Shown one piece after another: positions 11,001 through 22,217 of a stretch of DNA of 64,000 nucleotides. The notes below the pieces were generated by a model that had not been told where the DNA came from, made no database searches, and worked only from the letters and a program-made list of their open reading frames with translations. A program made the position numbers and the translations under genes. Source of the DNA: Macrostomum lignano. Lineage: Eukaryota. How positions within the stretch are numbered: the first letter of the stretch is position 1; each line of letters opens with the position of its first letter. The stretch covers positions 62,001 to 126,000 of the forward strand of contig NIVC01002313.1 of assembly GCA_002269645.1 (NCBI GenBank), read 5' to 3'.

Positions 11001-13474
11001 CGTTCACCGCGCTGAGCAGTGACCAGGTCTTGGAGTGCAGGCGCACCAGAATCAGGGTGATGAAGGCGGCCACGCAGCCGCTGATGCAGGTGTTCAGCAT
11101 GGCGGTGGCCACCACCACCCATCGCCTTTTCCCGTGATGTGATTCAGCGAGCCGCCATTGAATGCGAAGAAGCCGAAGAACAGAATGAACGCGCCCAGCG
11201 AGACTACGGGCACGGAATGGCCGCGGATGTCCCGCGGTTTTCCCGTCGCGGGGTCGAACCGGTGCAGTCGCGGCTTTAAAATGCAGGCTGCCACGAAGGC
11301 CGACGTGCCGCCAAGGAGGTGGACGACTCCGGAGCCCGCGTGGTCCTGAGGTGGGGCGGCTTCTGGCATCAGCTTTGGTCTCCGCTTCCCACTCGCTCTA
11401 ACCGTCTCTCCGGTTTTCACCCTACCAAGAGACAGGGGCGCCTACCAAGAGACAGGGGCGCCCAACAAGAGACAGGGCGCCTACCAAGAGACAGGGGCGC
11501 CTACCAAGAGACAGGGGAAGTCACCAAGAGACAGGGCCACCCACCAAGAGACAGGGGCACCCACCAAGAGACAGGGGCACCCACCAAGAGACAGGGGCGC
11601 CCACCAAGAGACAGGGGCACCCACCAAGAGACAGGGGCACCCACCAAGAGACAGGGGCGCCCACCAAGAGACAGGGGCGCCCACCAAGAGACAGCATATC
11701 TCAGTCAATATCAGGGACTTTCCTTCCTCTGGCTGCAACCTCTCTAGCTGCCAACAACACCCCCCGTACATGCACCAGGCCAGGCGCCTACCAACCTGAA
11801 ATCCGGAGACGCCGCTTTCCCCATTCCAGTAGGTGACGTTCGCGCCTTGGCGCAGCCAGCCCGAGTCCGACCAGGCCCAGTGCGTGGCAATTGGATATGC
11901 AAATCCTGCGGAGTGCACAGAATTCGCGCATTTCTACTATGAGTAGAGTGTTAAAGAACATGTATTAACTAGTAAAACAGGGGTTGTAGACTAGTGGTTA
12001 GAGCGTTGGACTAACGACTTGAAGGTCTGGGGTTCGATTCCCGATCCCAATGGAACAATTTGTGTCCTTGAGCAAGACACTTAACACTGCATTGCTTCAG
12101 TTCACCCAGCTGTAAAATGGGTGCCAGCATTAGCTGGGGTAATTGAGGCTGTGTGTGGCGACCCCCCCTTCAGTCCTTGTACTGAACAGCCGTACGCAGC
12201 CTTCAGATGCGCCGCACAATATCTGCGGCTGAGCTGTCGGTTGCACATCTGGCCCAATTGGGACAGGTTAAATCAACTAATATTATTATTATATTATAAT
12301 AACTCGTAAATAATTAGTAAGTTTCAGCTTCTCTGTGCCCTTGTTTGACTCTCGCGGCTTGTCCACTTTTTAGTTTCGCCGAGGGTAAAAAAGCAATTAA
12401 CAACGCACCGGCAATGAGCACAGTGTAGAACATGTAGGCCGCGAACTCGCACCGTTCGGCCACCGCACCGCTAACGATGGTTGCAGAGGTCGAGGCGAAC
12501 ACGTAGTTGAGAAAGACGTGGGAGTACTCGCTGCTCGACAGGTTATGCAACGCCCAGTAGCGGGTGCCGCAGAAGAAGCTGCCCGGCTCGCCGAACGCCA
12601 GCGCGTAGCCAAATAGATAATAGGCTATGCCGCCCACGACTGCGGGGCGGGGGTGGGGGAAGAGCGGCCCAGCGGTTAACGCGTCCGACTCTCTTGCGTC
12701 ACAGGTACCGGGTTCGATTCCTCTCGGCACATTTTAAATAGGAATAACATTGGTGATAAGTGTCAGGGGAATGACAATGTGGTTGTCAAGGTGTGACAAT
12801 TTAGTGTCAAGGGAGTGACCAATTAAATGTCAGGAGAGTGACCAATTTGGTGTTTAGAGAGTGACAGAGTAAGTGTCAGAGGAGTGCTCAATTAAGTGTC
12901 AGGAGAGTGACAAAGTAAGTGTCAGAGGATTGTCCAATTTAAGTGTCAAGAGAGTGACAAAGTAAGTGTCAGAGGAGTGTCTAGCTAACTAGGCGTCAGG
13001 AGAGTGACCAAGTAAGTGTCAGAGGAGTGTCTAGCTAACTAGGCGTCAGGAGAGTGACCAAGTAAGTGTCAGAGGAGTGACCAATTAGGTGTCAGGAGAG
13101 TGACAAAGTAAGTGTCAGAGGAGTGACCAATTAGGTGTCAGGGAGTTACAAAAATACGCGTTGAGGAAGTGACGAAATAATAGCTATCAAAGAGTGATAA
13201 AACGGGCGTCAGGGTCAGGGTATGCGTCAGCATTCCTAGAAACACAGAGGACCCCCCGAAACTCACACGAGTTCATCATATTCTTGATGAGGATGTTGGT
13301 GACATTCTTTGACCGGACAGCGCCAGCCTCCAAGAAAGCGAAGCCGCACTGCATGAACCAGATCAATATGGAGGCGATGCACCGAAAATAATCGTTCAAA
13401 GAGTCGTTAGTGGCATTCACCTGCGCCTCCAGTTGATGGATTTGCCTGGCAAGTTCCGTGATGTTCCAGCCCAT
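8034..13474 (-). CDS. amt: Ammonium transporter (Amt family), 7 coding exons, about 535 aa; 1-nt frameshift in exon 4
   Basis: Exons (minus): 13474-13267, 12639-12409, 11905-11796, 11345-10989, 9963-9529, 9028-8972, 8242-8034. All introns are GT-AG with matching phases. Motifs: WFMQCGFAFLEAGAVRSKNVTNILIKN, FASTSATIVSGAVAER, YPIATHWAW, DHAGSGVVH, FAFNGGS, NGALAGMVSICAG, DDPLEAVGVH, EEKGLDIPKHGEPAY. Both pore His are present. The last two exons are inferred from splice sites and phase only. Confidence 0.93.
8270..8935. repeat. 11-bp G-rich minisatellite (GGGTGTGGGAT) filling Amt intron 6
   Basis: Tandem GGGTGTGGGAT/GAGTGTGGGAT units. The HPSHTHPT ORFs are its translation. Confidence 0.95.
9125..9355. 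repeat. 30-31-bp minisatellite (CCCACTCTCCCAGATCTCTAATCCCAATAGT) in Amt intron 5
   Basis: About 7 copies, plus (CCCAGAT)n at 9445-9520 next to the donor site. Confidence 0.9.
9967..10900. repeat. G/T-only degenerate array (GGTTTTTGGGTTC-type, 6-7 nt subunits) filling Amt intron 4
   Basis: Seen directly. The long FGFGF ORFs are artefacts of this array. Confidence 0.95.
11420..11695. repeat. 20-bp minisatellite (CCACCAAGAGACAGGGGC[G/A]C) in Amt intron 3
   Basis: About 13 tandem copies. Confidence 0.93.
11980..12300 (+). mobile_element. tRNA-derived SINE with CORE-like central domain and (TAT)n tail, antisense in Amt intron 2
   Basis: A-box-like TAGACTAGTGG and B-box GGTTCGATTCC in a tRNA-like head. 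This is followed by TGTGTCCTTGAGCAAGACACTTAAC...CAGCTGTAAAATGGG, resembling the MIR/CORE consensus TGTGACCTTGGGCAAGTTACTTAAC...CATCTGTAAAATGGG. Ends in a TATTATTATTAT tail. Confidence 0.8.
12663..12730 (+). pseudogene. tRNA-like relic or SINE head in Amt intron 1
   Basis: A-box-like GGCCCAGCGGTT and B-box GGTTCGATTCC about 50 nt apart. The acceptor, D and T stems do not pair cleanly, so it is not an intact tRNA. Confidence 0.55.
12770..13150. repeat. Degenerate about 23-bp repeat (AAGTGTCAGAGGAGTGACCAATT-like) in Amt intron 1
   Basis: Recurrent GTGTCAG(A/G)GAGTG motif, with an exact duplication of about 50 bp at 12961-13070. Confidence 0.8.
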
Positions 13475-14826
13475 AATTTGATGTTGCTATTATCGGGTAC
13501 CTAAGAATCGGTTATTTCTCTCGAAGGTGCCGGATCGGACTAATTTATTCCAGTTTAAAACTAGCCCAACGTTATCTCGTCCCAGTGCCCAGTTGCATCT
13601 GGGTCCGTTATCGGCTGGTTTCAAGTACCTTGCGCCCCACAGGGTGCAAACAATTCGCCACAGAGCTAATCTGAGATGCTGAGCAAATACTCACCGAAAA
13701 TTTTGTTATCACGGGCCCCGGTAACAACTGCAGCAGGAAAGCATTGTAAATCTTTTGACACTCAAGTGGATCACCATGGCAACTAGGCGGTGCTGATTTT
13801 AAACTAATTTGCCACTAAACTAATTATGGAATTAAGCACCAGCTGATGACACAGAAAATGTTTTGAAACGGCCGCGAAAAAAATTACCTTTTGCTTGTGT
13901 TTTAATTTTTGAAAATGGATGATTAATGGTCAGCCTGAAGATTTAGTATATGTGGAAATATATGGACAGACAACTCATTATTTTTAGTATATAGGACTAG
14001 CACACGTCTCCCCCCTAAGGGGGACTGATGTCTGAACGCAATAATTTTCTAAAATATAATCACTGTTAAAACTATTCAGGAAATGTGCCGAGAAAATGAC
14101 AGAGAGAGAAGTTGCAACCACTGTTTTCGGAGTGGAAACTTCTACATTTTGCTGAGTGAATGTGCCCACAGTGAATAATTAAGATACATGTTGGCACTAT
14201 AACACTTATTAACACAGAAATTTACATGCAAGTTTAAATTTTTACAAAGAAAGGTTTGAACTAATTTTAGTTTTGTTTTAGCAAAGCTTTGTCCAGCAGA
14301 TCGACTAGCGAATTAACTAAAACACTAAGATGCTCTTAGGCTAACACTTAAACACACTAAGATTAAAAAAAACCAATTTCGTTGTTTTCGTTAGCACAAA
14401 ATAAAAATTCTGCACTGAAAGCCCCACTGAATACCACGGTAAGAAAGCTCATTACTTGACCTAGCAAAAATACGCGATCCACTAAAATTGTGCGTTATAT
14501 CCTACTCTTGAAGTGAGTAGGATGTAGTCAAGTAGGGATTTTTTAAAAATCGCTATCTGTAATTAACAATATTTGCGTTAGATACTTTCATACAGGGTGA
14601 ATCCATAGTCGGCTGGTGCCACCTGTTGAAAGTCCAGAAGCTCCCTCTGGGTGAAGGCGGCCGTGACCAACAAAGTCAGAGCTGATGCAGAAACACCTGG
14701 TCGACGAGACAATTAAAGCAACATAACTTCGACAAACATATCTTGGAAAAATTTGGTAAAATTGTATCAATCTAAATATTTATACATTTAGACACTTTAA
14801 ATCCAATTATAAGCAACCGAAATAGA

Positions 14827-14840
14827 GTTTTCATAGCAAC
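14827..14840. promoter_or_regulatory. X-box (RFX-type) motif GTTTTCATAGCAAC
   Basis: Matches the GTHNYY-AT-RRNAAC consensus. Function is not shown. Confidence 0.25.
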
Positions 14841-15109
14841 ATATATGATTAAGAAATGATGATTTTGTCATTTTATCCACTCAACTAGAATCGACAGAGG
14901 CTCTAGCTTATTTGAACAAGGATTATTGATTGCACAAAAATGCATGTCTCGCAAAACAATGCGAGAGTGCTTGCAGCTGCATTTAGCTCCAATACTCTGC
15001 ATGATGATGCATTCCTCTCACTCTGCATCCGTTCACGCTTCACCTCTATCTGTCTCTCTCCACATGCGGACTCTCTCTCATTGCATTGCATTCAGCACTT
15101 CCTTCTAAC

Positions 15110-15625
15110 CCCTCCAGTCTATCATCTCTCCCCCAGTATATCTTCCCTCCCTCAGTCTATCATCTCTCCCTCCGTCTATCATATATTCTATCATCGCTCC
15201 TTCAGTCTATAATCTCTCACTTAGTCTATCATCTCTCCCTTAGTCTATCATCACTCCCCCAATCTATCATCTCCCCCTCAGTCTATCATCTCCCCCTCAG
15301 TCTATCATCTCCCCTTCAGTCTATCATCTCCCCAGCCTATCTCCCCATCAGTCTATCATCTCCCCTTCAGTCTATCATCTCCCCCTCAGTCTATCCTCTC
15401 TCCCAGTCTATCATCTCTCTCCCAGTCTATCATCTCTCTCCCAGTCTATCCTCTCTCTCCCAGTCTATCATCTCTCTCCCAGTCTATCATCTCTCTCCCA
15501 GTCTATCATCTCTCTCCCAGTCTATCATCTCTCTCCCAGTCTATCATCTCTCTCCCAGTCTATCATCTCTCTCCCAGTCTATCATCTCTCTTCCAGTCTA
15601 TCATCTCTCTCCCAGTCTATCATCA
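15110..15625. repeat. About 19-bp minisatellite (CAGTCTATCATCTCTCTCC)
   Basis: Tandem copies, homogenised toward the 3' end. Confidence 0.93.
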
Positions 15626-15774
15626 AGGACTACTTAACAACACAGGACGCTACACTTGCAAATATTGGCAGAATTCTAAAAGTCCGCTTTGAATGAACAC
15701 TTCGTCGGCATCTTGTATAATTCAATTGAATTTGAAGCAGGAAATAAAATATTCCGAGAACGCAGAGAAGTTAG

Positions 15775-16600
15775 CTCAGTCTATCATCTCAACAAAAGGC
15801 TATCTCCCCCCTCAGTCTATCATCTTCCCCCAGCCTATCTTCCTCTCAGTCTATTTTCCCCATCAGTCTATCATCTTCCCCCAGCCTATCTCCCCTCAGT
15901 CTATTTCCCCCCTCAGTCTATTTTCCCCTCAGTCTATTTTCCCCTCAGTCTATTTTCCCCTCAGTCTATTTTCCCCCTCAGTCTATTTTCCCCTCAGTCT
16001 ATTTTCCCCTCAGTCTATTTTCCCCCCTCAGTCTATTTTCCCCCTCAGTCTATTTTCCCCTCAGTCTATTTTCCCCTCAGTCTATTTTCCCCCCTCAGTC
16101 TATTTTCCCCCTCAGTCTATTTTCCCCCCTCAGTCTATTTTCCCCCATCAGTCTATTTTCCCCCTCAGTCTATTTTCCCCCTCAGTCTATTTCCCCCCAT
16201 CAGTCTATCATCTTCCCTCAGCCTATCATCTCCCCTCAGTCTATTTTCCCCCTCAGTCTATTTCCCCCCTCAGTCTATTTTCCCCCTCAGTCTATTTTCC
16301 CCCTCAGTCTATTTTCCCCTCAGTCTATTTTCCCCCTCAGTCTATTTTCCCCCTCAGTCTATTTTCCCCTCAGTCTATTTTCCCCCATCAGTCTATCATC
16401 TTCCCTCAGCCTATCATCTCCCCTCAGTCTATTTTCCCCCTCAGTCTATTTTCCCCCTCAGTCTATTTTCCCCCTCAGTCTATTTTCCCCCTCAGTCTAT
16501 TTTCCCCCTCAGTCTATTTTCCCCCTCAGTCTATTTCCCCCCTCAGTCTATTTTCCCCCATCAGTCTATCATCTTCCCTCAGCCTATCATCTCCCCCAGT
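15775..16600. repeat. 16-19-bp minisatellite (CAGTCTATTTTCCCC[C]T), related to the preceding array
   Basis: Shares the CAGTCTAT core with 15110-15625. Confidence 0.93.
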
Positions 16601-16771
16601 CTATTTAGTCTGGTCTGGACACAAATCACATTAATTCTCAACCGAAGTTCTCCCCCAATCTCCATTATTCCCATTGTCAGAGCTTTCCAATCTTTTATTT
16701 GCTCTTTGCCTCTGGCATTGTAGCGGTCCCCCACCGGTTCTCTGATGTGGCCAGCTTCTACATAGTCTTTA

Positions 16772-16785
16772 GTTGCCATAGCAAC
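16772..16785. promoter_or_regulatory. X-box (RFX-type) near-palindrome GTTGCCATAGCAAC
   Basis: Near-perfect match to the canonical GTTGCCATGGCAAC. Function is not shown. Confidence 0.35.
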
Positions 16786-17334
16786 CGCAGCAAATGCGTT
16801 GTGAAATTTCACCCCTGCAGATATTTTTGTCTGATATCCGACTCAAGCCATCTGTGAGATTGTCAGATATTGGCGACAATTTCAAGACAAAAAAGATGAT
16901 TCTTTTTTCTGCAAATAAAGTCAACACTGTACGAGCTAGTTTGACAAGCTTTGAAGAAGATTTATTTCGGTTTTAAAAGATTTTCCATTAAAAATGGGGG
17001 TTTACAGAGGTCAGAGTATTTGGTTTAGAAGGCCGATTTTTATTTGTGAAAACGCAAAATTCTACGGAAATTTGTATTTCAGGAATTTATTTTGCAGCTG
17101 AAAATTATTGAATAAACAGGAACCTAATATCTTGCTAATGCATTTTCATTAAAATTAAAATCTGGCCTTTATTAACTTTCCATCAACTCTGAGAATTAAT
17201 TTCCGTGAACAGGTTTGCGCTCTCAATAGAGTGCGGCCATGCAAAATATACAATTACTGTCTTCAATTCCTAAACACAAAAATATTTCTCCAATTTTGAT
17301 TTTTTAATGGCCACCACCTCATACAAATCAATAA

Positions 17335-19668
17335 AACTGTCTAAGCCTCCCCTAAAAACTGTCTAAATCTCTCCTAAAAACTGTCTAAGCCTCCCCTAAA
17401 AACTGTCTAAATCTCCCCTAAAAACTGTCTAAGTCTCCCCTAAAGACTATCCAAATATCCCCTTAAAAACTGTCTAAGCCTCCCCTAAAAACTGTCTAAG
17501 CCTCCCCTAAAAACTGTCTAAGTCTCCCCTAAAAACTGTCTAAGCCTCCCCTAAAAACTGTCTAAATCTCCCCTAAAAACTGTCTAAGCCTCCCCTAAAA
17601 ACTGTCTAAGCCTCCCCTAAAAACTGTCTAAGTCTCCCCTAAAAACTGTCTAAATCTCCCCTAAAAACTGTCTAAGTCTCCCCTAAAAACTGTCTAAGTC
17701 TCCCCTAAAGACTATCCAAATATCCCCTTAAAAACTGTCTAAGCCTCCCCTAAAAACTGTCTAAATCTCCCCTAAAAACTGTCTAAGTCTCCCCTAAAAA
17801 CTGTCTAAGCCTCCCCTAAAAACTGTCTAAATCTCCCCTAAAAACTGTCTAAGCCTCCCCTAAAAACTGTCTAAGCCTCCCCTAAAAACTGTCTAAGCCT
17901 CCCCTAAAAACTGTCTAAGCCTCCCCTAAAAACTGTCTAAGCCTCCCCTAAAAACTGTCTAAGTCTCCCCTAAAAACTGTCTAAGCCTCCCCTAAAAACT
18001 GTCTAAATCTCCCCTAAAAACTGTCTAAGTCTCCCCTAAAAACTGTCTAAGCCTCCCCTAAAAACTGTCTAAGCCTCCCCTAAAAACTGTCTAAGTCTCC
18101 CCTAAAAACTGTCTAAATCTCCCCTAAAAACTGTCTAAGTCTCCCCTAAAAACTGTCTAAGCCTCCCCTAAAAACTGTCTAAGCCTCCCCTAAAAACTGT
18201 CTAAGTCTCCCCTAAAAACTGTCTAAGTCTCCCCTAAAGACTATCCAAATATCCCCTTAAAAACTGTCTAAGCCTCCCCTAAAAACTGTCTAAATCTCCC
18301 CTAAAAACTGTCTAAGTCTCCCCTAAAAACTGTCTAAGCCTCCCCTAAAAACTGTCTAAATCTCCCCTAAAAACTGTCTAAGCCTCCCCTAAAAACTGTC
18401 TAAGCCTCCCCTAAAAACTGTCTAAGCCTCCCCTAAAAACTGTCTAAGCCTCCCCTAAAAACTGTCTAAGCCTCCCCTAAAAACTGTCTAAGTCTCCCCT
18501 AAAAACTGTCTAAGCCTCCCCTAAAAACTGTCTAAATCTCCCCTAAAAACTGTCTAAGTCTCCCCTAAAAACTGTCTAAGCCTCCCCTAAAAACTGTCTA
18601 AGCCTCCCCTAAAAACTGTCTAAGTCTCCCCTAAAAACTGTCTAAATCTCCCCTAAAAACTGTCTAAGTCTCCCCTAAAAACTGTCTAAGCCTCCCCTAA
18701 AAACTGTCTAAGCCTCCCCTAAAAACTGTCTAAGTCTCCCCTAAAAACTGTCTAAGTCTCCCATAAAAACTGTCTAAATCTCCCCTAAAAACTGTCTAAG
18801 TCTCCCCTAAAAACTGTCTAAATCTCCCCTAAAAACTGTCTAAGCCTCCCCTAAAAACTGTCTAAGCCTCCCCTAAAAACTGTCTAAGCCTCCCCTAAAA
18901 ACTGTCTAAGTCTCCCATAAAAACTGTCTAAGTCTCCCCTAAAAACTGTCTAAGTCTCCCCTAAAAACTGTCTAAGTCTCCCCTAAAAACTGTCTAAGCC
19001 TCCCCTAAAAACTGTCTAAGTCTCCCCTAAAAACTGTCTAAGTCTCCCCTAAAAACTGTCTAAGCCTCCCCTAAAAACTGTCTAAGTCTCCCCTAAAAAC
19101 TGTCTAAGTCTCCCCTAAAAACTGTCTAAGCCTCCCCTAAAAACTGTCTAAGTCTCCCCTAAAGACTATCCAAATATCCCCTTAAAAACTGTCTAAGCCT
19201 CCCCTAAAAACTGTCTAAATCTCCCCTAAAAACTGTCTAAGTCTCCCCTAAAAACTGTCTAAGCCTCCCCTAAAAACTGTCTAAGCCTCCCCTAAAAACT
19301 GTCTAAGCCTCCCCTAAAAACTGTCTAAGCCTCCCCTAAAAACTGTCTAAGTCTCCCCTAAAAACTGTCTAAGCCTCCCCTAAAAACTGTCTAAATCTCC
19401 CCTAAAAACTGTCTAAGTCTCCCCTAAAAACTGTCTAAGCCTCCCCTAAAAACTGTCTAAGCCTCCCCTAAAAACTGTCTAAGTCTCCCCTAAAAACTGT
19501 CTAAGCCTCCCCTAAAAACTGTCTAAGCCTCCCCTAAAAACTGTCTAAGTCTCCCCTAAAAACTGTCTAAGCCTCCCCTAAAAACTGTCTAAGCCTCCCC
19601 TAAAAACTGTCTAAGCCTCCCCTAAAAACTGTCTAAGCCTCCCCTAAAAACTGTCTAAGCCTCCCCTA
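17335..19668. repeat. 22-bp minisatellite (TAAAAACTGTCTAAG[C/T]CTCCCC), roughly 105 copies
   Basis: Unit spacing of 22 read directly. A rare 23-bp variant (AAAGACTATCCAAATATCCCCTT) recurs 4 times. Confidence 0.97.
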
Positions 19669-19717
19669 ATCAAAGGCTGTGCCTGAATCGCCTTGTAATC
19701 TGAAACATTTCTCAATC

Positions 19718-22217
19718 TCAATCAGCAAATGGATCCACGCACTCGCACAGAGCCTGGCCAATGGAAGAATATTTGTAGGTTACGTCATCTATGCCGGACG
19801 AGTGGGTTGACCACACGTTGCTCCGGTCGGCGCTGACGCCTTCGTTGGGCTGCCCGTAGCCCCAGACCTCCGGCAGGAAGGACGAGTTGCAGCCGCGCCA
19901 GAACCAGGGGTCCGAGGTGGACCCGCCCGGTCGGAATCCGCCGACAAAGAACGACCGACCGGAGTTGACGTTCGCCTTGATCCAGTGCAGGTGGGTCACC
20001 TCAGCAGCGTTGTTACCGTCGGCAAATTTGGTCAGGCCGTGGTTGGTCATGGACTCGCACCTGGAGTAGTCATTTAGAGTTGTCTTGAATGGCCATATAG
20101 CGTCATGCTTGTAAAAATGAGTCTATAAATCAACTAAATGACTATTAACATGAGACTAATGCTCCTACCCCCGAGCATCTGCTTCTCATATTTTTTGATG
20201 GTGTCTAAATCTGGCAGTAATTTGTTTCAAAGCCTTCTTAATCCGTGTCTTCTGTCTACATGTGTCCTAAATGTGTTCTGATCTTATCAGAATGTGTCCT
20301 CAAATGTGCCTTAAATATTTAGAGACATTTATATTTCAAGAAATGGTTGAAGAAGTTTGTGTACATCTAAATGTGTCTCGATGTGTCCTAAATGTGTCTC
20401 AATGTGTCCTAAATGTGTCTCTATGTGTCCTAAATGTGTCTCGATGTGTCCTAAATGTGTCTCAATGTGTCCTAAATGTGTCTCTATGTGTCCTAAATGT
20501 GTCTCTATGTGTCCTATGTATCTAAATATGTCCTAAATGTATTTAAATATGTGCTAAATATGCTCGATGTTTCCTAAATGTATCCTAAATGTGTCCTAAA
20601 TGTATCTAAATGTGTCCTAGATGTATCCTAAATGTGTTTGTGTGTTAAATGTATATAAATGTATCTAAATTTGCCCTAAATGTTTCCAAATGTGTCTTAA
20701 ATGTGGCTAAATGTGTCCTAAATGTATCTACATGTGATAAATGTATCCTAAATGTGTTCAAATGTGTCCTAAGCGTATCTAAATGTGTATCGAAACGTGT
20801 CCTAAATGTGTCCTAAATGCATCTAAATGTGTCCTAAATCTATGTAAATGTGTCTGAAACTCTTAGGCAAAGCCAGGATTTTTATCAGTAATTGTGAGAG
20901 AGCCGCGTCGGGGGCCGTCGTTTCAGCCGTTAGCCTCCTCTGCAAGATCTACAATAGCTACAGAGCTATTTGCGATAACGCTCGAGGGGCCTTAGCTGCT
21001 CAAATAGGTTTCTCAAATATCGAGAGTCTCGAGATGCAGCTCCGAAGCAAAATACACAAAAATACGCACTTGCACCTGCAAACTCAAAAAATCTGTAAGC
21101 TGCAATTAGTAATGGAGGCAGTCTGAACAGGAATCTATGAGATTTCCACGCAGAAGTTTGCTTGCCAATGCTTTGGCAGTTTGCACACCACGGTTTTAAA
21201 AGTACCAGCTAAGTCTTAACATTTATTCATCAGAATCTACTGTATGACTTAGCGCATTGTTAGCACTTATGGCATGGACATGTAAATCAAATTCTCGTGT
21301 AATGATTCTCTCGCAGGAGGCGGAAAAATCGAAGGACTCCATATTTATAAATGAGCACAGACTTCAGGTGAGTTAAATGAGTTAAACTTACAACTTGAGC
21401 TGATTTAACAGAATTTCATCTCCGATTCCCGACTTTTGACTGATTAGCAATGACTGAGTTAGGGTGACGGTTGGGTCAGGGTTAGATCAGGGTAAGGGTT
21501 AGGTTTAGGTTAGGGTAGGGATAGGTTTAGGTCAGGGTAGGGTTTGGTTTAGGTCAGGGTAGGTTTAGGTCAGGGTAGGGAAAGGGTTAGATCAGGGTAG
21601 GGTTTGGTTTAGGTCAGGGTAGGGTTTAGATTTTTGTTAGGGACTGCAGCCAATTTATGGTCTTGGAGCAGTTGGCAGACAGTCCAAAACCAGAGACCAG
21701 TTAAACTTGTCGCCTAAAAATCCCTCCTAAAACCCTCGGACACCCGGTCGCACCTGGCCAGACCCTCGTTCCAGTCGGCAACGTCCAGCAGCTTGTACAC
21801 CGAGCCCAGCCAGCCGTGGCCAAAGCCATCCGGACACAGCCGTCCCCTGGGCAGGCCGGCCCGGTGCCGGACAAAGACCCAATCGAGCTTCCGCAGACTG
21901 CACTCGCTCTCAGGCACGTTCACCGCCACGCTGCACCTGTCAAACTCGAACAGCTGACAGCCAACGCTGGTTGCCAACCGGTAACCCTGGCACCGCGGGC
22001 CTCGCTCGATGCAGGCCAGACCGCAGGTGGCGTCGTTAGCAACGCGAACCGACGAAGCGTTGATAAGGAACTCGTCTCGAAGGCAGAGTCGAGCTAGCCG
22101 GCGGGTGAAACTCGGACAGTCGCTGCAGTGTCCGAATTCCCAAGTCGCGCAGAGGAAAACAGCAAAAAGAATCGCCAAGCGCATGGCAACGAGAGTCGAA
22201 TCGCGGGACAAGTTCAC
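19718..22217 (-). CDS. Secreted PAN/Apple-domain + C-type lectin-domain protein, 2 exons, about 257-268 aa
   Basis: Exons 22217-21754 and 20060-19718, phase 2, GT-AG. Signal peptide MRLAILFAVFLCATWEFGHC. PAN-like TCGLACIERGPRCQGY...GCQLF. CTLD-like CPDGF...VYKLL...WNEGLARCES...FFVGG...WFW...WGYGQPN...DDV...ALCE. Confidence 0.82.
20360..20850. repeat. 11-bp degenerate minisatellite (AAATGTGTCCT) in the lectin intron
   Basis: Tandem AAATGT(G/A)TC(C/T)T units. Confidence 0.9.
21460..21640 (+). repeat. Degenerate telomere-like G-rich tract (TTAGGG/TAGGG/TCAGGG variants)
   Basis: GGGTTAG, GGGTAGGG and GGTCAGGG units inside the lectin intron. Confidence 0.6.

Noticed and set aside
12663-12730. 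Possible functional tRNA gene
   Set aside because: A and B boxes are present but the cloverleaf stems do not pair; kept only as a relic.
13840-13875. CTGATGA...GAAA hammerhead-like core
   Set aside because: No convincing stem II or flanking stems.
15086-16723. ORFs of 183-344 aa rich in S/P/L/F
   Set aside because: They are translations of the CAGTCTAT arrays.
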